Source: Alphaproteobacteria bacterium
GTDB lineage: Bacteria; Pseudomonadota; Alphaproteobacteria; Bin95
Direction of reading: 5' to 3'
Assembly: GCA_963665325.3 (NCBI GenBank)
Contig: CAXXWS020000002.1
Span: 320,001-384,000, forward strand
Length of the DNA stretch: 64,000 nucleotides
Numbering within the stretch: position 1 is the stretch's first letter; the number at the start of each line of letters is the position of its first letter. This document shows positions 1 through 11,547 of this stretch, piece by piece. The notes beneath the pieces are model-generated. The model saw only the letters and a program-made list of their open reading frames with translations, did no database searches and had not been told where the DNA came from. The position numbers and the translations under genes were made by a program.

Positions 1-107
1 TCGGCGAGCACATGGGAAATCGCGTTGCCGGCCACCAGCCGGGAAATGTCGAGAACGCGCACGCCTTCCAGCGCGCGGGGGGCGTCGGGTCGGTAGTCGA
101 GGTCCAT
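1..107 (-). CDS. CaiB/BaiF class III CoA-transferase, N-terminal part (runs off the window)
   Basis: Manual translation MDLDYRPDAPRALEGVRVLDISRLVAGNAISHVLA, a typical CaiB N-terminus. Confidence 0.85.
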   Translation of the reverse strand, partial: MDLDYRPDAPRALEGVRVLDISRLVAGNAISHVLA

Positions 108-210
108 GAGAACGGGATATCCGCGTCGGGAACGCGGCCGATGGTGCGCCTTCGCCCCGCCCCCGGCAAGGCCCGGCTGTCCCCAAGTCTAGAGGCGCTG
201 AGGCTCCGGC

Positions 211-435
211 CTAAAAGACGCCGGAATCGCCCCCGTGATGATGGTCCATGGCCGAATGGGAGGCTGGGCCGGCGAAAAACGAGTCGGCAGCGGAATTGTG
301 GACCAGGTGCTCGTGGGTCGCGACAAGGCCGGCGGACGCCAGATACAGGTCGCCCCTTTGCATTCTCTTGTAATCCCGGGAGGCAAAGACAAACAGCAGA
401 ACGGCTATCGCGAGAATGGCAATCGCATACACCAT
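211..435 (-). CDS. Small hypothetical membrane protein (74 aa) with His-rich C-terminus
   Basis: GGAG RBS before ATG; hydrophobic N-terminus MVYAIAILAIAVLLFVFA; tail ...SHSAMDHHHGG. Confidence 0.6.
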   Translation of the reverse strand: MVYAIAILAIAVLLFVFASRDYKRMQRGDLYLASAGLVATHEHLVHNSAADSFFAGPASHSAMDHHHGGDSGVF

Positions 436-536
436 GAACCGTCTCCCAAGCTGCCGTCGCGTTTGAACTATGGGTCTCCGCGTCGTTTTCGACAAGGGCC
501 CGCGATTACCGGATGTGCGAATCGTAGCGCAGTACC

Positions 537-1787
537 CTACCGCTCCGGGTCCAGTGCGGTGCGAATGGCTGGCAGGCGGCGGGCCAGCAGGACGAGGGCG
601 ACCAGGCAGAGGCAGGCGCCGCCGAGAACTGGCCAGGAGAGGCCGATGCGGTCCGCAAGTGCGCCCATGGCGAGGGCGCCCAGCGCCGGGCCGGCGCGGA
701 AGGTGAGGCCGTAAACGCTCAGCACCCGGCCCAGCATGTCGGGCGGCGTGCCCATCTGGATAAGGCTCTGCGCGCCGACGCCCATGACCAGCATGGCGAA
801 CCCGGCGGTCCCGAGCGCAGCCAGCGCAAGGTGGAAATCTCCGATGACCGAAAACAGCGCCACCATCGCCGCGTGGACCGCCGCGCCGCCGAACACGATG
901 ACGGCGAGCCCCCGCCGGCTGCCGCGCTGCGCCAGCCAGAGTCCGCCCGCCAGCGCACCGAGTCCGTTGACGGCGATCAGCATGGAAAAGCCTTCCGCGC
1001 CGCGCTCGAACACGACATCCGCGAAGGCAGGCAACAGGTCGACATAGGGCCGGACCAGCAGCGCTCCGGCCAGCAGGAGCAGGATCAGCGGGCCGACGCC
1101 GGCATGGCGCCCGATATAGCCGAAGCCCTCGCCGATCTCCGCGAACAGGCCCCGGCGTTCGCGCCCTGCCCGCAGGCGGGGGCTGAGGCGTAGCATCGGC
1201 AGCACCGCGAGGAAGGCGGCGAATGTCACTGTGTTGCACAGGAATGCCCAGCCCGCGCCCGTCACCGGGCCCTCATGCAGCAGCAGCGGTGCAGCCAGCA
1301 TCGGGCCGATGAAGCGTGCGCTGTTCCAGCCGACCGAATTGACGGCGACCGCCGAGGGAATGTCCTCGCGGCCCACCAGCGACGGCACCAGGGACAGGCG
1401 CGCCGGTTGTGCAGCGGCGGTCGCCGTTCCGAGCAGCAGGGTGAGCAGGAACAGCGACTCTGGTGTTATGAGGCCGGTAACGGTCAGGAGGCCGAGAGCA
1501 AGCGCCTGAACGCAGAGGAGGCCGTGCATCGCGGCGATGATGCCGAGCCGGCTGACACGGTCGGCCACCGCGCCGGCGAACGGGCCAAGGAGGATCGACG
1601 GCAGGAATTCCGCCATGGCGATCAGGCCGAGATAGAACGCCGATCCGGTCAGCTCCCAGGCGAGCGCGCCCACGCCCGTGCGCTGCATCCAGGTGCCGAC
1701 CAGCGAGACGGCATTGCCGGTGAAATAGAGGCGGTAGTTGCGGTTGGCGAAGACGCGCCTGATGCCGCCCCCGGCCGGAGGCGCCAT
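537..1787 (-). CDS. MFS transporter
   Basis: NRNYRLYFTGNAVSLVGTWMQ start, GAVADRVSR motif A, about 12 hydrophobic segments. Confidence 0.92.
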   Translation of the reverse strand: MAPPAGGGIRRVFANRNYRLYFTGNAVSLVGTWMQRTGVGALAWELTGSAFYLGLIAMAEFLPSILLGPFAGAVADRVSRLGIIAAMHGLLCVQALALGLLTVTGLITPESLFLLTLLLGTATAAAQPARLSLVPSLVGREDIPSAVAVNSVGWNSARFIGPMLAAPLLLHEGPVTGAGWAFLCNTVTFAAFLAVLPMLRLSPRLRAGRERRGLFAEIGEGFGYIGRHAGVGPLILLLLAGALLVRPYVDLLPAFADVVFERGAEGFSMLIAVNGLGALAGGLWLAQRGSRRGLAVIVFGGAAVHAAMVALFSVIGDFHLALAALGTAGFAMLVMGVGAQSLIQMGTPPDMLGRVLSVYGLTFRAGPALGALAMGALADRIGLSWPVLGGACLCLVALVLLARRLPAIRTALDPER

Positions 1788-2623
1788 CAATCCAGCCGGT
1801 AGCCCTGGCGACGCAGGAAGGCGCCAAAATCCTGGCGCTCGGTATGCGAGACCTGCCGGGCCTTGTCCTCGGACCAGCCGTAGAAGTCGGCCTCGCCATA
1901 GCGGTCGAGGTCGCGCTGCTTGTCCGCCGGAATGCTGAAAACCGCGTCGCGGCGTCGGTCATAGGCGTCGATGCCGCGGGCCAGCTTGTCATCGTCGTAG
2001 CGGTCGGTGTGCACCGTCACCGAGGGCGGCACCCGCATTGAGATGTAACCTTGGGCCGCCGGCCAGCCGACGCAGAGGCCGGCAACGGGGAACACCCATT
2101 CGGGCAGGCCCAGCAGTTCGCCCACCTGGAAGGAATGGTTGCGGACGACGCTGATCGGACAGCAGCCGAGCCCCGCCGCTTCGGCCGCGAGGATGAAGGT
2201 CTGCATGGCGAGCGCGGCGTCCACGGTCGGGTTGAAGGCAGCGTCGAAATGGTCGTTGGCGAAGGGCTTGCTGCGCAGCTCGCAAATCCGCCTGATCCGC
2301 CGCCCGTCGCCGCACCAGACCATGAACGCCGGCGCCGTGCCGATCCAGGGCATGCCCGGAATGAGCGCGGCAACCTCCGCCCGGAGCGCCGGGTCGGCCA
2401 CCCGCACCACGGAAGCCTGCTGGAGATCGGATTTGGCGCTGGCGGAGAAGGCGCAGGCGAACAGCAGGTCGAGCATATCTTCGGGCACAGGTCGGTCGGC
2501 ATAACGGCGGTGGGTGCGCCGGTCGAGGATGGTCGCGAGCGGCCCTTCGGCCGGCAGGTCTGCGCCGCCAGGGGTCTCGGGGCCGTAACGCTTCGTCACG
2601 AGATCGGCCAGGGTATCGGGCAT
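1787..2623 (-). CDS. Nitroreductase family protein (NfsA/NfrA-like)
   Basis: RRTHRRY, SASAKSDLQ and AAEAAGLGCCPIS motifs. Confidence 0.9.
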   Translation of the reverse strand: MPDTLADLVTKRYGPETPGGADLPAEGPLATILDRRTHRRYADRPVPEDMLDLLFACAFSASAKSDLQQASVVRVADPALRAEVAALIPGMPWIGTAPAFMVWCGDGRRIRRICELRSKPFANDHFDAAFNPTVDAALAMQTFILAAEAAGLGCCPISVVRNHSFQVGELLGLPEWVFPVAGLCVGWPAAQGYISMRVPPSVTVHTDRYDDDKLARGIDAYDRRRDAVFSIPADKQRDLDRYGEADFYGWSEDKARQVSHTERQDFGAFLRRQGYRLD

Positions 2624-2702
2624 CGGTTTCCTCCGGGTCGCGCGCCGGGCGGGAGTCTATGCCCACCCGACGGGCGGCGGAAGGCGCCCCCGACCTGGAT
2701 GC

Positions 2703-2744
2703 GGGGCGCCCTCGCTATCGGTTCCGATCAACCGCCGGCGGTAT
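2703..2744. repeat. Dispersed repeat C (inverted copy at 43409-43450)
   Basis: 34 bp at 2703-2736 are the exact reverse complement of 43417-43450. Confidence 0.85.
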
Positions 2745-2847
2745 TACGACAAATTTCAAATAGTCGACCGATAACCGCGGCTCGCGGATTGCTGTTCGAG
2801 GGCGACGAATTGGACACGAGGTCCGTGGCAGCTTGGATTGGGTTCTG

Positions 2848-3603
2848 TCAGCCGAGTAGGAAACGCCCGGCAAGCACGACCCCCAACAGGATGAGCAGCA
2901 GCAGAACGGCCTTGCGGAAGCTCTCGGCGGGCAGCCGGCGGCGCAGCGCCTCACCGAGCTTCACCCCTATCCAGACCGGCAGCAGGCCCAGCACCGAAAC
3001 CGCGGCCGCCGGGCCGGTCAGCAGCCCTGCTTCCGACAATCCGACTGCCATCGCCAGGCTGGAGAAGGTGAAGACGCAATTGATAGCCTGCACGAAGCGG
3101 TTCGGATCGAGTTGCAGCGCCAGCAGATAGGGCAGGAGCGGCATCACCTGCGAGCCGGTCAGGCCGTTCACCACGCCGTTGACGAGGCCGACCGGCCATT
3201 GTAGCGGGCGCTCCAGGCCGGACGAGAGCATGAGCGGCGGGCGGGCCAGTGCGAAGGCGGCATAGCCCACGAGCACCAGCCCGAGCGCGGCGCCGGCGGC
3301 CAGCGGATTGACCCACACAAGTAGCGCCACGCCGAGCGCAATACCGGGCAGAACGGCCAGGCAGAGCGGCCAGAAGCGCCGCACCGTCTCGCGGAAATGG
3401 CCCGCGCCGCGCATGACCAGCAGGTTGCTTGCAATCGACGGCGCCAGCACGAGCGGCAGCGCCTCCCGAATGCCGATGGAGAGTGCAAGCAGCGGCAGGG
3501 CGCAGGTCGAGAAGCCGAGCCCAGTCGCTCCCTTGACGAAGGCGGCGAGCAGGAAGGCGGCGGCGACGGCGGCGAGCGTTTCCGGCGCGGCCGCGTCAAT
3601 CAT
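2848..3603 (-). CDS. Sulfite exporter TauE/SafE family protein
   Basis: AAFVKGATGLGF and GVVNGLTG repeats, multiple TM segments. Confidence 0.9.
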   Translation of the reverse strand: MIDAAAPETLAAVAAAFLLAAFVKGATGLGFSTCALPLLALSIGIREALPLVLAPSIASNLLVMRGAGHFRETVRRFWPLCLAVLPGIALGVALLVWVNPLAAGAALGLVLVGYAAFALARPPLMLSSGLERPLQWPVGLVNGVVNGLTGSQVMPLLPYLLALQLDPNRFVQAINCVFTFSSLAMAVGLSEAGLLTGPAAAVSVLGLLPVWIGVKLGEALRRRLPAESFRKAVLLLLILLGVVLAGRFLLG

Positions 3604-4486
3604 GCCGGTAGCCCTGCCGCGCGAGCGCGACAGGCTGGCCGGCACCGTCGAGAACCGTCACGCCCTCGCCGGAGACGATCCGTCCGATGGCAATGGCCGC
3701 GCTCTGCGGCGCGGTGAACACCAGTTCGTAGTCGTCGCCGCCGGTCAACGCTTCCAGCCGGGCCTCGGGCCCGAGCGCCGCGACTTCCGCCGACAGCGGC
3801 ACCTCTTCCAGGTCGATGACGGCGGCCACGCCGGAGGCATGGCAAATATGGCCGAGGTCGGCAACGAGCCCGTCTGAAATGTCGGCCGCAGCCGTTGCGC
3901 CCTCCGCCGCGCCGAAACGGGGCGACGGCAGCCAGTATCGTTCCACGAGGCGCGGTGCGTCGAGTTCGCCCCGGACGGCCTTCAGCCCGAAATACCCGTC
4001 CCCGACGGGGCCGGTGACGAATACGAGGTCTCCGGGCGTCGCGCCGGAGCGGCGCACCGGAGATGCCGCCGAACCGAAGGCGGTGACCGTGAGCGTAAGC
4101 GCGCCCGGCGTTCCCACCGTATCGCCGCCGAACAGCGAGATGGCGAATTCCTCCTGGTCCGCGGCGAGGCCGGCCGCAAAAGCCTCCAGCCACGGATCGT
4201 CGATGCGTTCGGACAGCGCCAGGTTGAGCAGGTAGCCTTCCGGCCGTGCGGCCATGGCGGCGAGGTCGGAGAGGTTGCTGCGCAGCAGCCGCCGGGCAAT
4301 CAGGCCGGGCGGGCCGTCGGGAGGGAAATGGACCCCTTCGACCATGGTGTCGGTGGTTACGGCGAGCCGCTGTCCCTCGCGGGCGTCGAGCAATGCGGCA
4401 TCGTCTTCAAGGCCGCCTGCCCCGGCAGCGGTCGCGAGCGGCGCCAGGAAGCGGCGGATCAGCTCGAACTCGCCGGATCGGCTCAT
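3596..4486 (-). CDS. thiL: Thiamine-monophosphate kinase
   Basis: EFELI, DDAA, NLSDLAAM, GGDT, DISDGL, GGDDYEL motifs; follows nusB. Confidence 0.97.
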   Translation of the reverse strand: MSRSGEFELIRRFLAPLATAAGAGGLEDDAALLDAREGQRLAVTTDTMVEGVHFPPDGPPGLIARRLLRSNLSDLAAMAARPEGYLLNLALSERIDDPWLEAFAAGLAADQEEFAISLFGGDTVGTPGALTLTVTAFGSAASPVRRSGATPGDLVFVTGPVGDGYFGLKAVRGELDAPRLVERYWLPSPRFGAAEGATAAADISDGLVADLGHICHASGVAAVIDLEEVPLSAEVAALGPEARLEALTGGDDYELVFTAPQSAAIAIGRIVSGEGVTVLDGAGQPVALARQGYRHD

Positions 4487-5001
4487 GCCGCCGGACCGGG
4501 ACCGCGGCCGTCGAGTTCTCCGGGCCGCGCGCTGTGGGCGATGCGGTCGAACACGGCGGTCGCGAACCGGGCTTGCGGCTCGTCGAAGAAGTCGCCCACG
4601 AGGTCGGTATATTCACGGATGGCGACGCGCGGCGGCACATCGGGCTCATAAAGCAATTCGGCGGCGCCGAGCCTGAGCGCCGCCCGGAGCACCGGCTCCA
4701 GCCGGCCGAGGCCGTTTTCCCGGCTGAGCGCCGCCGAGACCGCGCTGTCGATATCGCGCCGGTTGGCCGCCACCGCCTGAAGCAGGCGGTCGAAGAAGCG
4801 GCGGTCGGCGTCCATCCTGATGCCTTCGAGGTCCTTGCCGAGGCGGTGCCGCCGGAACTGGTCGGACACCGCCTCCGGCGTTTCGCGGTTCATTTCCGCC
4901 TGGTAAAGCGCCTGGAGGGCGGCAAGGCGCGCGAGCCTGCGCCGGCTCGGCGGCGCGTCTTCGGCGTCCCCCGCCTCGGACCCGCCCTCTGCCGGCGTCA
5001 A
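4483..5001 (-). CDS. nusB: Transcription antitermination factor NusB
   Basis: RRLARLAALQALYQ, AIREY motifs; ribH-nusB-thiL order. Confidence 0.95.
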   Translation of the reverse strand: MTPAEGGSEAGDAEDAPPSRRRLARLAALQALYQAEMNRETPEAVSDQFRRHRLGKDLEGIRMDADRRFFDRLLQAVAANRRDIDSAVSAALSRENGLGRLEPVLRAALRLGAAELLYEPDVPPRVAIREYTDLVGDFFDEPQARFATAVFDRIAHSARPGELDGRGPGPAA

Positions 5002-5416
5002 TTCGCCCGCCCGAGCGCCTGCTTCAGCACGATGGTCTTGAGGCAGGCATGGGCCGCCTCGGCGCCCTTGTTCTTGCCGGAGATGCTGGCGCGGACGCGC
5101 GCCTGGTCGCCGTTCTCGCAGGTGAGAAGGCCGAAGCCGAGCGCCAGCTTGCGCTCCACCGCCAGGGTCTGCAGCGCCCGGCTCACCTCGGCGCAGAGAT
5201 GGTCGTAGTGGGTCGTCTCGCCGCGAATGACGCAGCCTATGGCAATGAAGCCGTCGAACCGCTTCGGGGAATCGAGCGCAATCGAGATCGCGACCGGCAG
5301 TTCGAACGCGCCGGCGACATTGTAGCGGTCCCAGCTATGGCCGGCCTCCTCGATAACGGCGGCGGCCCCGGCAATCATCTCGTCGCAGATGTCCTCGTAA
5401 TAGGGTGCGACGACCA

Positions 5417-5432
<16 letters not shown>
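4998..5432 (-). CDS. ribH: 6,7-dimethyl-8-ribityllumazine synthase
   Basis: GAFELP, GCVIRGETTHYD, NKGAEAA. Confidence 0.97.
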
Positions 5433-6577
<1,145 letters not shown>

Positions 6578-6590
6578 GAGTCCGTCGAGG

Positions 6591-7190
6591 TTACTTGCCA
6601 CGGCCCAATCCCTCCAATTGGCGGGCAAGGTAGCGCGCCAGCATGTCGATTTCCATGTTGACCGCATCGCCGGGCTGCAGTTCGCCCAGTGTCGTGTGCG
6701 ACAGCGTATGTGGAATGATGTTGACGCCGAAGCGCGCCCCGTCCACTTCGTTGACGGTCAGCGACACGCCGTCGAGCGTGACGGAGCCCTTGGAAGCGAC
6801 GAGCCGGGCGAGCGCTTCGGGGGCGTCGAACGCGAAGCGCACGCTGTCTCCCTCCGGGCGGCGCGACACCGTTCTCGCCAGGCCGTCCACATGGCCGGAG
6901 ACGATATGCCCGCCGAGTTCGTCGCCGACGCAAAGCGCGCGTTCGAGGTTGATCGCCGTTCCCTCGCGCCAGCCGCCGAGCGTCGTGCAGGCGAGCGTTT
7001 CGGCAGAGGCCTCGACGTCGAACGCGCCCGGGCGGACCGCGACGACCGTCAGGCAGGCCCCGGAACAGGCGATCGAGGCGCCGAGCGCAATGCCTGAGGT
7101 ATCCCAGGCGGTTGCGATCCCGAAACGGGTGTCGCCGCGCTTCTCGATGGCCTCCACGCGGCCGATGTCGGTGACTATTCCGGTGAACAT
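6591..7190 (-). CDS. ribE: Riboflavin synthase alpha chain
   Basis: MFTGIV start, GACLTV, NLERAL, GGHIVSGHVD, GVSLTVN. Confidence 0.97.
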   Translation of the reverse strand: MFTGIVTDIGRVEAIEKRGDTRFGIATAWDTSGIALGASIACSGACLTVVAVRPGAFDVEASAETLACTTLGGWREGTAINLERALCVGDELGGHIVSGHVDGLARTVSRRPEGDSVRFAFDAPEALARLVASKGSVTLDGVSLTVNEVDGARFGVNIIPHTLSHTTLGELQPGDAVNMEIDMLARYLARQLEGLGRGK

Positions 7191-8287
7191 CGTCGCCAGA
7201 CCTCCCAGATGTCGTCGCCGGCCTCGCGCCGCGCATGAAGTTGGAAACGCGGCGCCTCGCCCGGGTCTTCCGCGCCCAGCGCCGCGATGGCCGGCGCGCC
7301 GTCTCCGCCCATCACCGAGGGCGCTCGGAACCAGTGGATGCGGTCCACCAGATCCGCCTTCACAAGCGCGGCCGCCAGCATGCCGCCGCCTTCCACCAGC
7401 AGCCGGGTCAGGCCGGTCTCGGCGAGCCGGGCAAGGCCGGACGCCAGGTCCATTCGCCCTTCGGGGCCGGCGGGCAGGCGGATGAGCCGGACCCCGGCCT
7501 CCTCCAACGCGCCTGCCCGGTCCCGGTCCGCATCCTCGCGGCAGAGGACCCAGGTCGGGCGGCCGTCTGCCACCAGACGGTGCGTCGGGGGCAAGCCGAG
7601 GCGTCCGTCCGCCACGATGCGGAGCGGCGAGCGGTCCCGCAGCCCGTCCAGTCGGCAGTCGAGGCGCGGATTGTCCAGCAGCGCGGTGCGGGCGCCGACC
7701 ATGACGGCGTCGTAGCGGGCCCGCAGCCGGTGCGCGGCTGCGCGTGCTGCGGGGCCGGTAATCCATTGGCTCCGGCCGTTATACGCGGCGATCCGCCCGT
7801 CCAGCGTCGTTGCCGTCTTGAGCGCGACCAGCGGCCGGCCCGAAGCGATGCGGGCGATGAAGCCGGCATTGTCGAACCGCGCCTCCGCCTCGCCGAGCCC
7901 CTGTTCGACGGCAATGCCCGCCGCTTCGAGCCGCTCGAAACCCCGTCCGGAGACGCGCGAGTCGGGATCGCCGGTCGCGGCGACGACGCGCGTAACGCCG
8001 GCTTCGATCAGTGCGTCCGCGCAAGGCGGGGTCCGTCCATGGTGGCTGCACGGCTCCAGCGTCACATAGCAGGTGGCGCCCCTGGCGCCGGCGCCGGCGC
8101 GGGCCAGCGCTTCGGTTTCGGCATGGGGCCGCCCGTCCGACTGCGTCCAGCCCCGCCCGACGATCCGGCTTCCGTGCGCCAGCACGCAGCCGATGGCGGG
8201 ATTGGGCCAGACTCTGCCCAAGCCGCGCCGGCCGAGCGCCAGCGCCGCGCCCATATGCGCCGCATCCACGGTCCGGGCGTCAGTCAT
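7175..8287 (-). CDS. ribD: Riboflavin biosynthesis deaminase/reductase
   Basis: [30 protein letters not shown]. Confidence 0.97.
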   Translation of the reverse strand: MTDARTVDAAHMGAALALGRRGLGRVWPNPAIGCVLAHGSRIVGRGWTQSDGRPHAETEALARAGAGARGATCYVTLEPCSHHGRTPPCADALIEAGVTRVVAATGDPDSRVSGRGFERLEAAGIAVEQGLGEAEARFDNAGFIARIASGRPLVALKTATTLDGRIAAYNGRSQWITGPAARAAAHRLRARYDAVMVGARTALLDNPRLDCRLDGLRDRSPLRIVADGRLGLPPTHRLVADGRPTWVLCREDADRDRAGALEEAGVRLIRLPAGPEGRMDLASGLARLAETGLTRLLVEGGGMLAAALVKADLVDRIHWFRAPSVMGGDGAPAIAALGAEDPGEAPRFQLHARREAGDDIWEVWRRCSPE

Positions 8288-8738
8288 CCCGATCGGAAAG
8301 CTGCCCGACAAATTCCTCGAAATCCTTCGCCTCCCGGAAATCCCGGTAAACGGAGGCGAAGCGCACATAGGCGACCTGGTCGAGTTCGGCCAACATCGCC
8401 ATCACCATTTCGCCGAGCCCGTCCGAGGGGAACTCGCTCTGTCCGGAGGCTTCGAGCTGACGCACGAGGCTGGAGATCATGCGTTCCAGCCGGTCATCGT
8501 CCACCGGCCGCTTGCGCAGCGCGATCGCGACGGAGCGTTTCAGCTTCTCGCGGTCGAAAGTCTCCCGCCTGCCGCTCGACTTGACGATGGTGAGGTCGCG
8601 CAGATGCACCCGTTCGAAGGTGGTGAAGCGCGCATTGCACTCCGGGCAGGAGCGCCGCCGGCGGATGACGGCATTGTCCTCGGTCGGCCGGCTGTCCTTC
8701 ACCTGCGTGTCTTCATGGGCGCAGAATGGGCATCGCAT
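8280..8738 (-). CDS. nrdR: Transcriptional repressor NrdR
   Basis: [27 protein letters not shown]. Confidence 0.98.
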   Translation of the reverse strand: MRCPFCAHEDTQVKDSRPTEDNAVIRRRRSCPECNARFTTFERVHLRDLTIVKSSGRRETFDREKLKRSVAIALRKRPVDDDRLERMISSLVRQLEASGQSEFPSDGLGEMVMAMLAELDQVAYVRFASVYRDFREAKDFEEFVGQLSDRDD

Positions 8739-8742
8739 CGCG

Positions 8743-10005
8743 TCAACTCCCGCCGAACGCCCCGTAGATCGGGAACCGTGCGAGCAGCGCCTCGACCTTC
8801 CCCGCCACCTTCGCCTCCGCCGCCTCGCCGCCCTTCAGCACCTCGACGATGAGCCGCCCGACCTCGCGGAACGCCTCCTCGTCGAAGCCGCGCGTGGTCG
8901 CCGCCGGGGAGCCGAGGCGCAGGCCGGAGGTGACGGTCGGCTTCTCCGGGTCGAACGGGATGCCGTTCTTGTTGCAGGTGATGAGCGCGCGCTCCAGCGC
9001 CTTCTCCGCGACATTGCCGGTGAGGCCGAGCGGGCGCAGATCGACCAGCAGGAGATGCGTGTCGGTGCCGCCCGAGACGATCTCCAGCCCGCCTTCCTGC
9101 AGCGTCTCGGCAAGCGCGCGGGCATTGGCCACCACGGCCTCGGCATAGTCCCGGAACTCCGGCTTGAGCGCTTCGCCGAAGGCGACTGCCTTGGCGGCGA
9201 TGGCGTGCATCAGCGGGCCGCCCTGGAGGCCGGGGAACACCGCTGAATCGATACGCCGGCCGAGGCTCTCGTCGTTGGAGAGGATCATGCCGCCGCGCGG
9301 GCCGCGCAGCGTCTTGTGCGTGGTGGTGGTGACGATGTCGGCCCAGGGCAGCGGGCTGGGGTGGACGCCGGCCGCCACCAGCCCGGCGAAATGGGCCATA
9401 TCCACCATGAATTTCGCGCCCAACGCATCCGCGATCTCGCGAAAGAGCCGGAAGTCGATCTCGCGCGGATAGGCTGAGCCGCCGGCGATGATGAGCTGCG
9501 GCCGGCGCTCGTCGGCCAGCCGCGCAACCTCGTCATAGTCGATCCGGCTGTCCTGCCGGCGCACGCCGTACTGCACCGCGTCGAACCACTTGCCGGAGAG
9601 ATTCGGCGCCGCCCCGTGGGTCAGGTGCCCGCCGGCGGCGAGGGACATGCCGAGCACCGTGTCGCCCGGCTTGCAAAGCGCCATGAAGGCCGCCTGGTTG
9701 GCCTGCGCGCCGGAATGCGGCTGGACATTGACATAGGCCGCGCCGAAGAGGCGCTTCGCCCGGTCGATGGCGAGCCGCTCCGCCTTGTCCACCCATTCGC
9801 AGCCGCCATAGTAGCGCCGGCCCGGATAGCCCTCGGCATATTTGTTGGTCAGCACCGAGCCCTGCGCCTCCAGCACGGCGCGCGAGACGATGTTCTCCGA
9901 GGCGATCAGCTCGATCTGGTCGCGCTGCCGGTCAAGCTCCCCGCCGATGGCGGCGGAGAGGTCCGGATCGGCCGCGGCCAGCGGCGTCAGGAAGAAATCG
10001 GCCAT
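8743..10005 (-). CDS. glyA: Serine hydroxymethyltransferase
   Basis: [36 protein letters not shown]. Confidence 0.98.
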   Translation of the reverse strand: MADFFLTPLAAADPDLSAAIGGELDRQRDQIELIASENIVSRAVLEAQGSVLTNKYAEGYPGRRYYGGCEWVDKAERLAIDRAKRLFGAAYVNVQPHSGAQANQAAFMALCKPGDTVLGMSLAAGGHLTHGAAPNLSGKWFDAVQYGVRRQDSRIDYDEVARLADERRPQLIIAGGSAYPREIDFRLFREIADALGAKFMVDMAHFAGLVAAGVHPSPLPWADIVTTTTHKTLRGPRGGMILSNDESLGRRIDSAVFPGLQGGPLMHAIAAKAVAFGEALKPEFRDYAEAVVANARALAETLQEGGLEIVSGGTDTHLLLVDLRPLGLTGNVAEKALERALITCNKNGIPFDPEKPTVTSGLRLGSPAATTRGFDEEAFREVGRLIVEVLKGGEAAEAKVAGKVEALLARFPIYGAFGGS

Positions 10006-10286
10006 GCGCGAGAGACTCCCGAATCCAACCCTCAGCCCATACCAAATCCCGGCCCCGCCCGCCATAGCGGGGGCTCCGGCCGCAAGCAGCCTCCGGTCAT
10101 ATTGTGAGGACCGGCTGATGACGGCGCCGTAGGCCGGAGAAACAACCGGAATGCACTTCAAATCGGCTGCCAGCCTGTCCGAATACGCAAGGCCACCACA
10201 GATGCTCAACAACAACGCGCTTGTTAGATTCGTTGTATGGACGCACTCTTCGCCGCGATTGATGAACGCCAGTTGGCAGGGGACAG

Positions 10287-11303
10287 ATGAAGGCGATCGG
10301 CTACACGGAGAGGGGCCCGATCTCCGCGGAGACCTCCATTGTCGAGTTCGAGACCGAGAGACCGCGGCCATCCCCGAACGACCTGCTCGTGGAGGTGCGC
10401 GGCATCTCGGTCAATCCCGTTGACGTCAAGGTGCGGGCCAACAGGCAGCCGCCGGAGGGGGAGCCGCGCATTCTCGGCTTCGACGCCGCCGGGGTCGTGA
10501 GGGAGGCGGGCGCGGCGACCGCCCGGTTCAAGCCGGGTGACGAAGTGTTCTACGCCGGCGACTTCACCCGCCCCGGCGCCAACGCCGAGTTTCAAGCGGT
10601 CGACGAACGCATCGTGGGTCGGAAACCGACCTCGCTCGGTTTTGCGGAAGCGGCCGCGCTGCCGCTGACCAGCATCACGGCGTGGGAAATTCTGTTCGAC
10701 AGTTTCGCGCTCCGCGAAGGGGGAGGCGAGGGGGAGTCGCTGCTCGTGGTCGGTGGCGCCGGCGGCGTGGGGTCGATCCTGATTCAACTGGCGAAGAAGC
10801 TCACCGGCCTGACCGTCATCGCCACCGCATCGCGTCCCGACACGCAAGCGTGGGTCGGGAAAATGGGCGCAGACCGCATCGTCAACCATCGCGATCCCCT
10901 CGACGAAGAGATGCGGGCTTTGGGCATCTCGCCACGCTATGTCGCCGCACTGACGAATACGGACGAGCACTTTGCGTCCATTGTCGAACTGATCAAGCCA
11001 CGCGGGCACATCGCAGTGATCGACGATCCCCAGAGCCTCGACATTGCGGCGATCAAGCTCAAGGCCCTCTCGTTCAGCTGGGAGTTCATGTTCGCTCGCT
11101 CAATGTTCCGGACCGACGACATGGACGTGCAGCACGAACTGTTGAACCGCGTTGCCGACCTCGTCGACGACGGCACGCTCACCGCGACAGTGAACAGGCA
11201 TGGCGGGGAGATGGGCGTCGGGAGCCTGCGCAGCGCGCTCGCACTGCAGGAGAGTGGGGCGGCGATCGGCAAGACCGTACTGGACGGATTCCGCCGCGCG
11301 TGA
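10287..11303 (+). CDS. Zinc-binding alcohol dehydrogenase / quinone oxidoreductase family protein
   Basis: [24 protein letters not shown]. Confidence 0.92.
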   Translation: MKAIGYTERGPISAETSIVEFETERPRPSPNDLLVEVRGISVNPVDVKVRANRQPPEGEPRILGFDAAGVVREAGAATARFKPGDEVFYAGDFTRPGANAEFQAVDERIVGRKPTSLGFAEAAALPLTSITAWEILFDSFALREGGGEGESLLVVGGAGGVGSILIQLAKKLTGLTVIATASRPDTQAWVGKMGADRIVNHRDPLDEEMRALGISPRYVAALTNTDEHFASIVELIKPRGHIAVIDDPQSLDIAAIKLKALSFSWEFMFARSMFRTDDMDVQHELLNRVADLVDDGTLTATVNRHGGEMGVGSLRSALALQESGAAIGKTVLDGFRRA

Positions 11304-11409
11304 CGGATACCCGGCAGGAACCCGGTCCGCATGGCGCGGTTTCCGCTCACAGCTTCGCCCCGCCGCCCTTACTACGGTCGAGGTCCGGCGCCAGGCCCCG
11401 AAGCCGGTC

Positions 11410-11544
11410 AACCATGTCATTACGGTGGAGCGGGTGATCGGCTTCAGGCGCGGGACCGGCGGCAAACCCGGCGTGGAGTATCTGCGCCGGATGCCGGGCG
11501 TCGAGCTGTTTCCCGAACTGTGGCATGTGCGCGGGGAGTTCTGA
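11410..11544 (+). pseudogene. kynA: 3' remnant of tryptophan 2,3-dioxygenase
   Basis: [34 protein letters not shown] matches the TDO C-terminus; abuts kynU; 5' part absent. Confidence 0.85.
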
Positions 11545-11547
11545 ACC

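Noticed and set aside
10006-10286. ZTP riboswitch before glyA, or a LysR remnant
   Set aside because: No recognisable pfl/ZTP motif; similarity to a LysR N-terminus is too weak to support.
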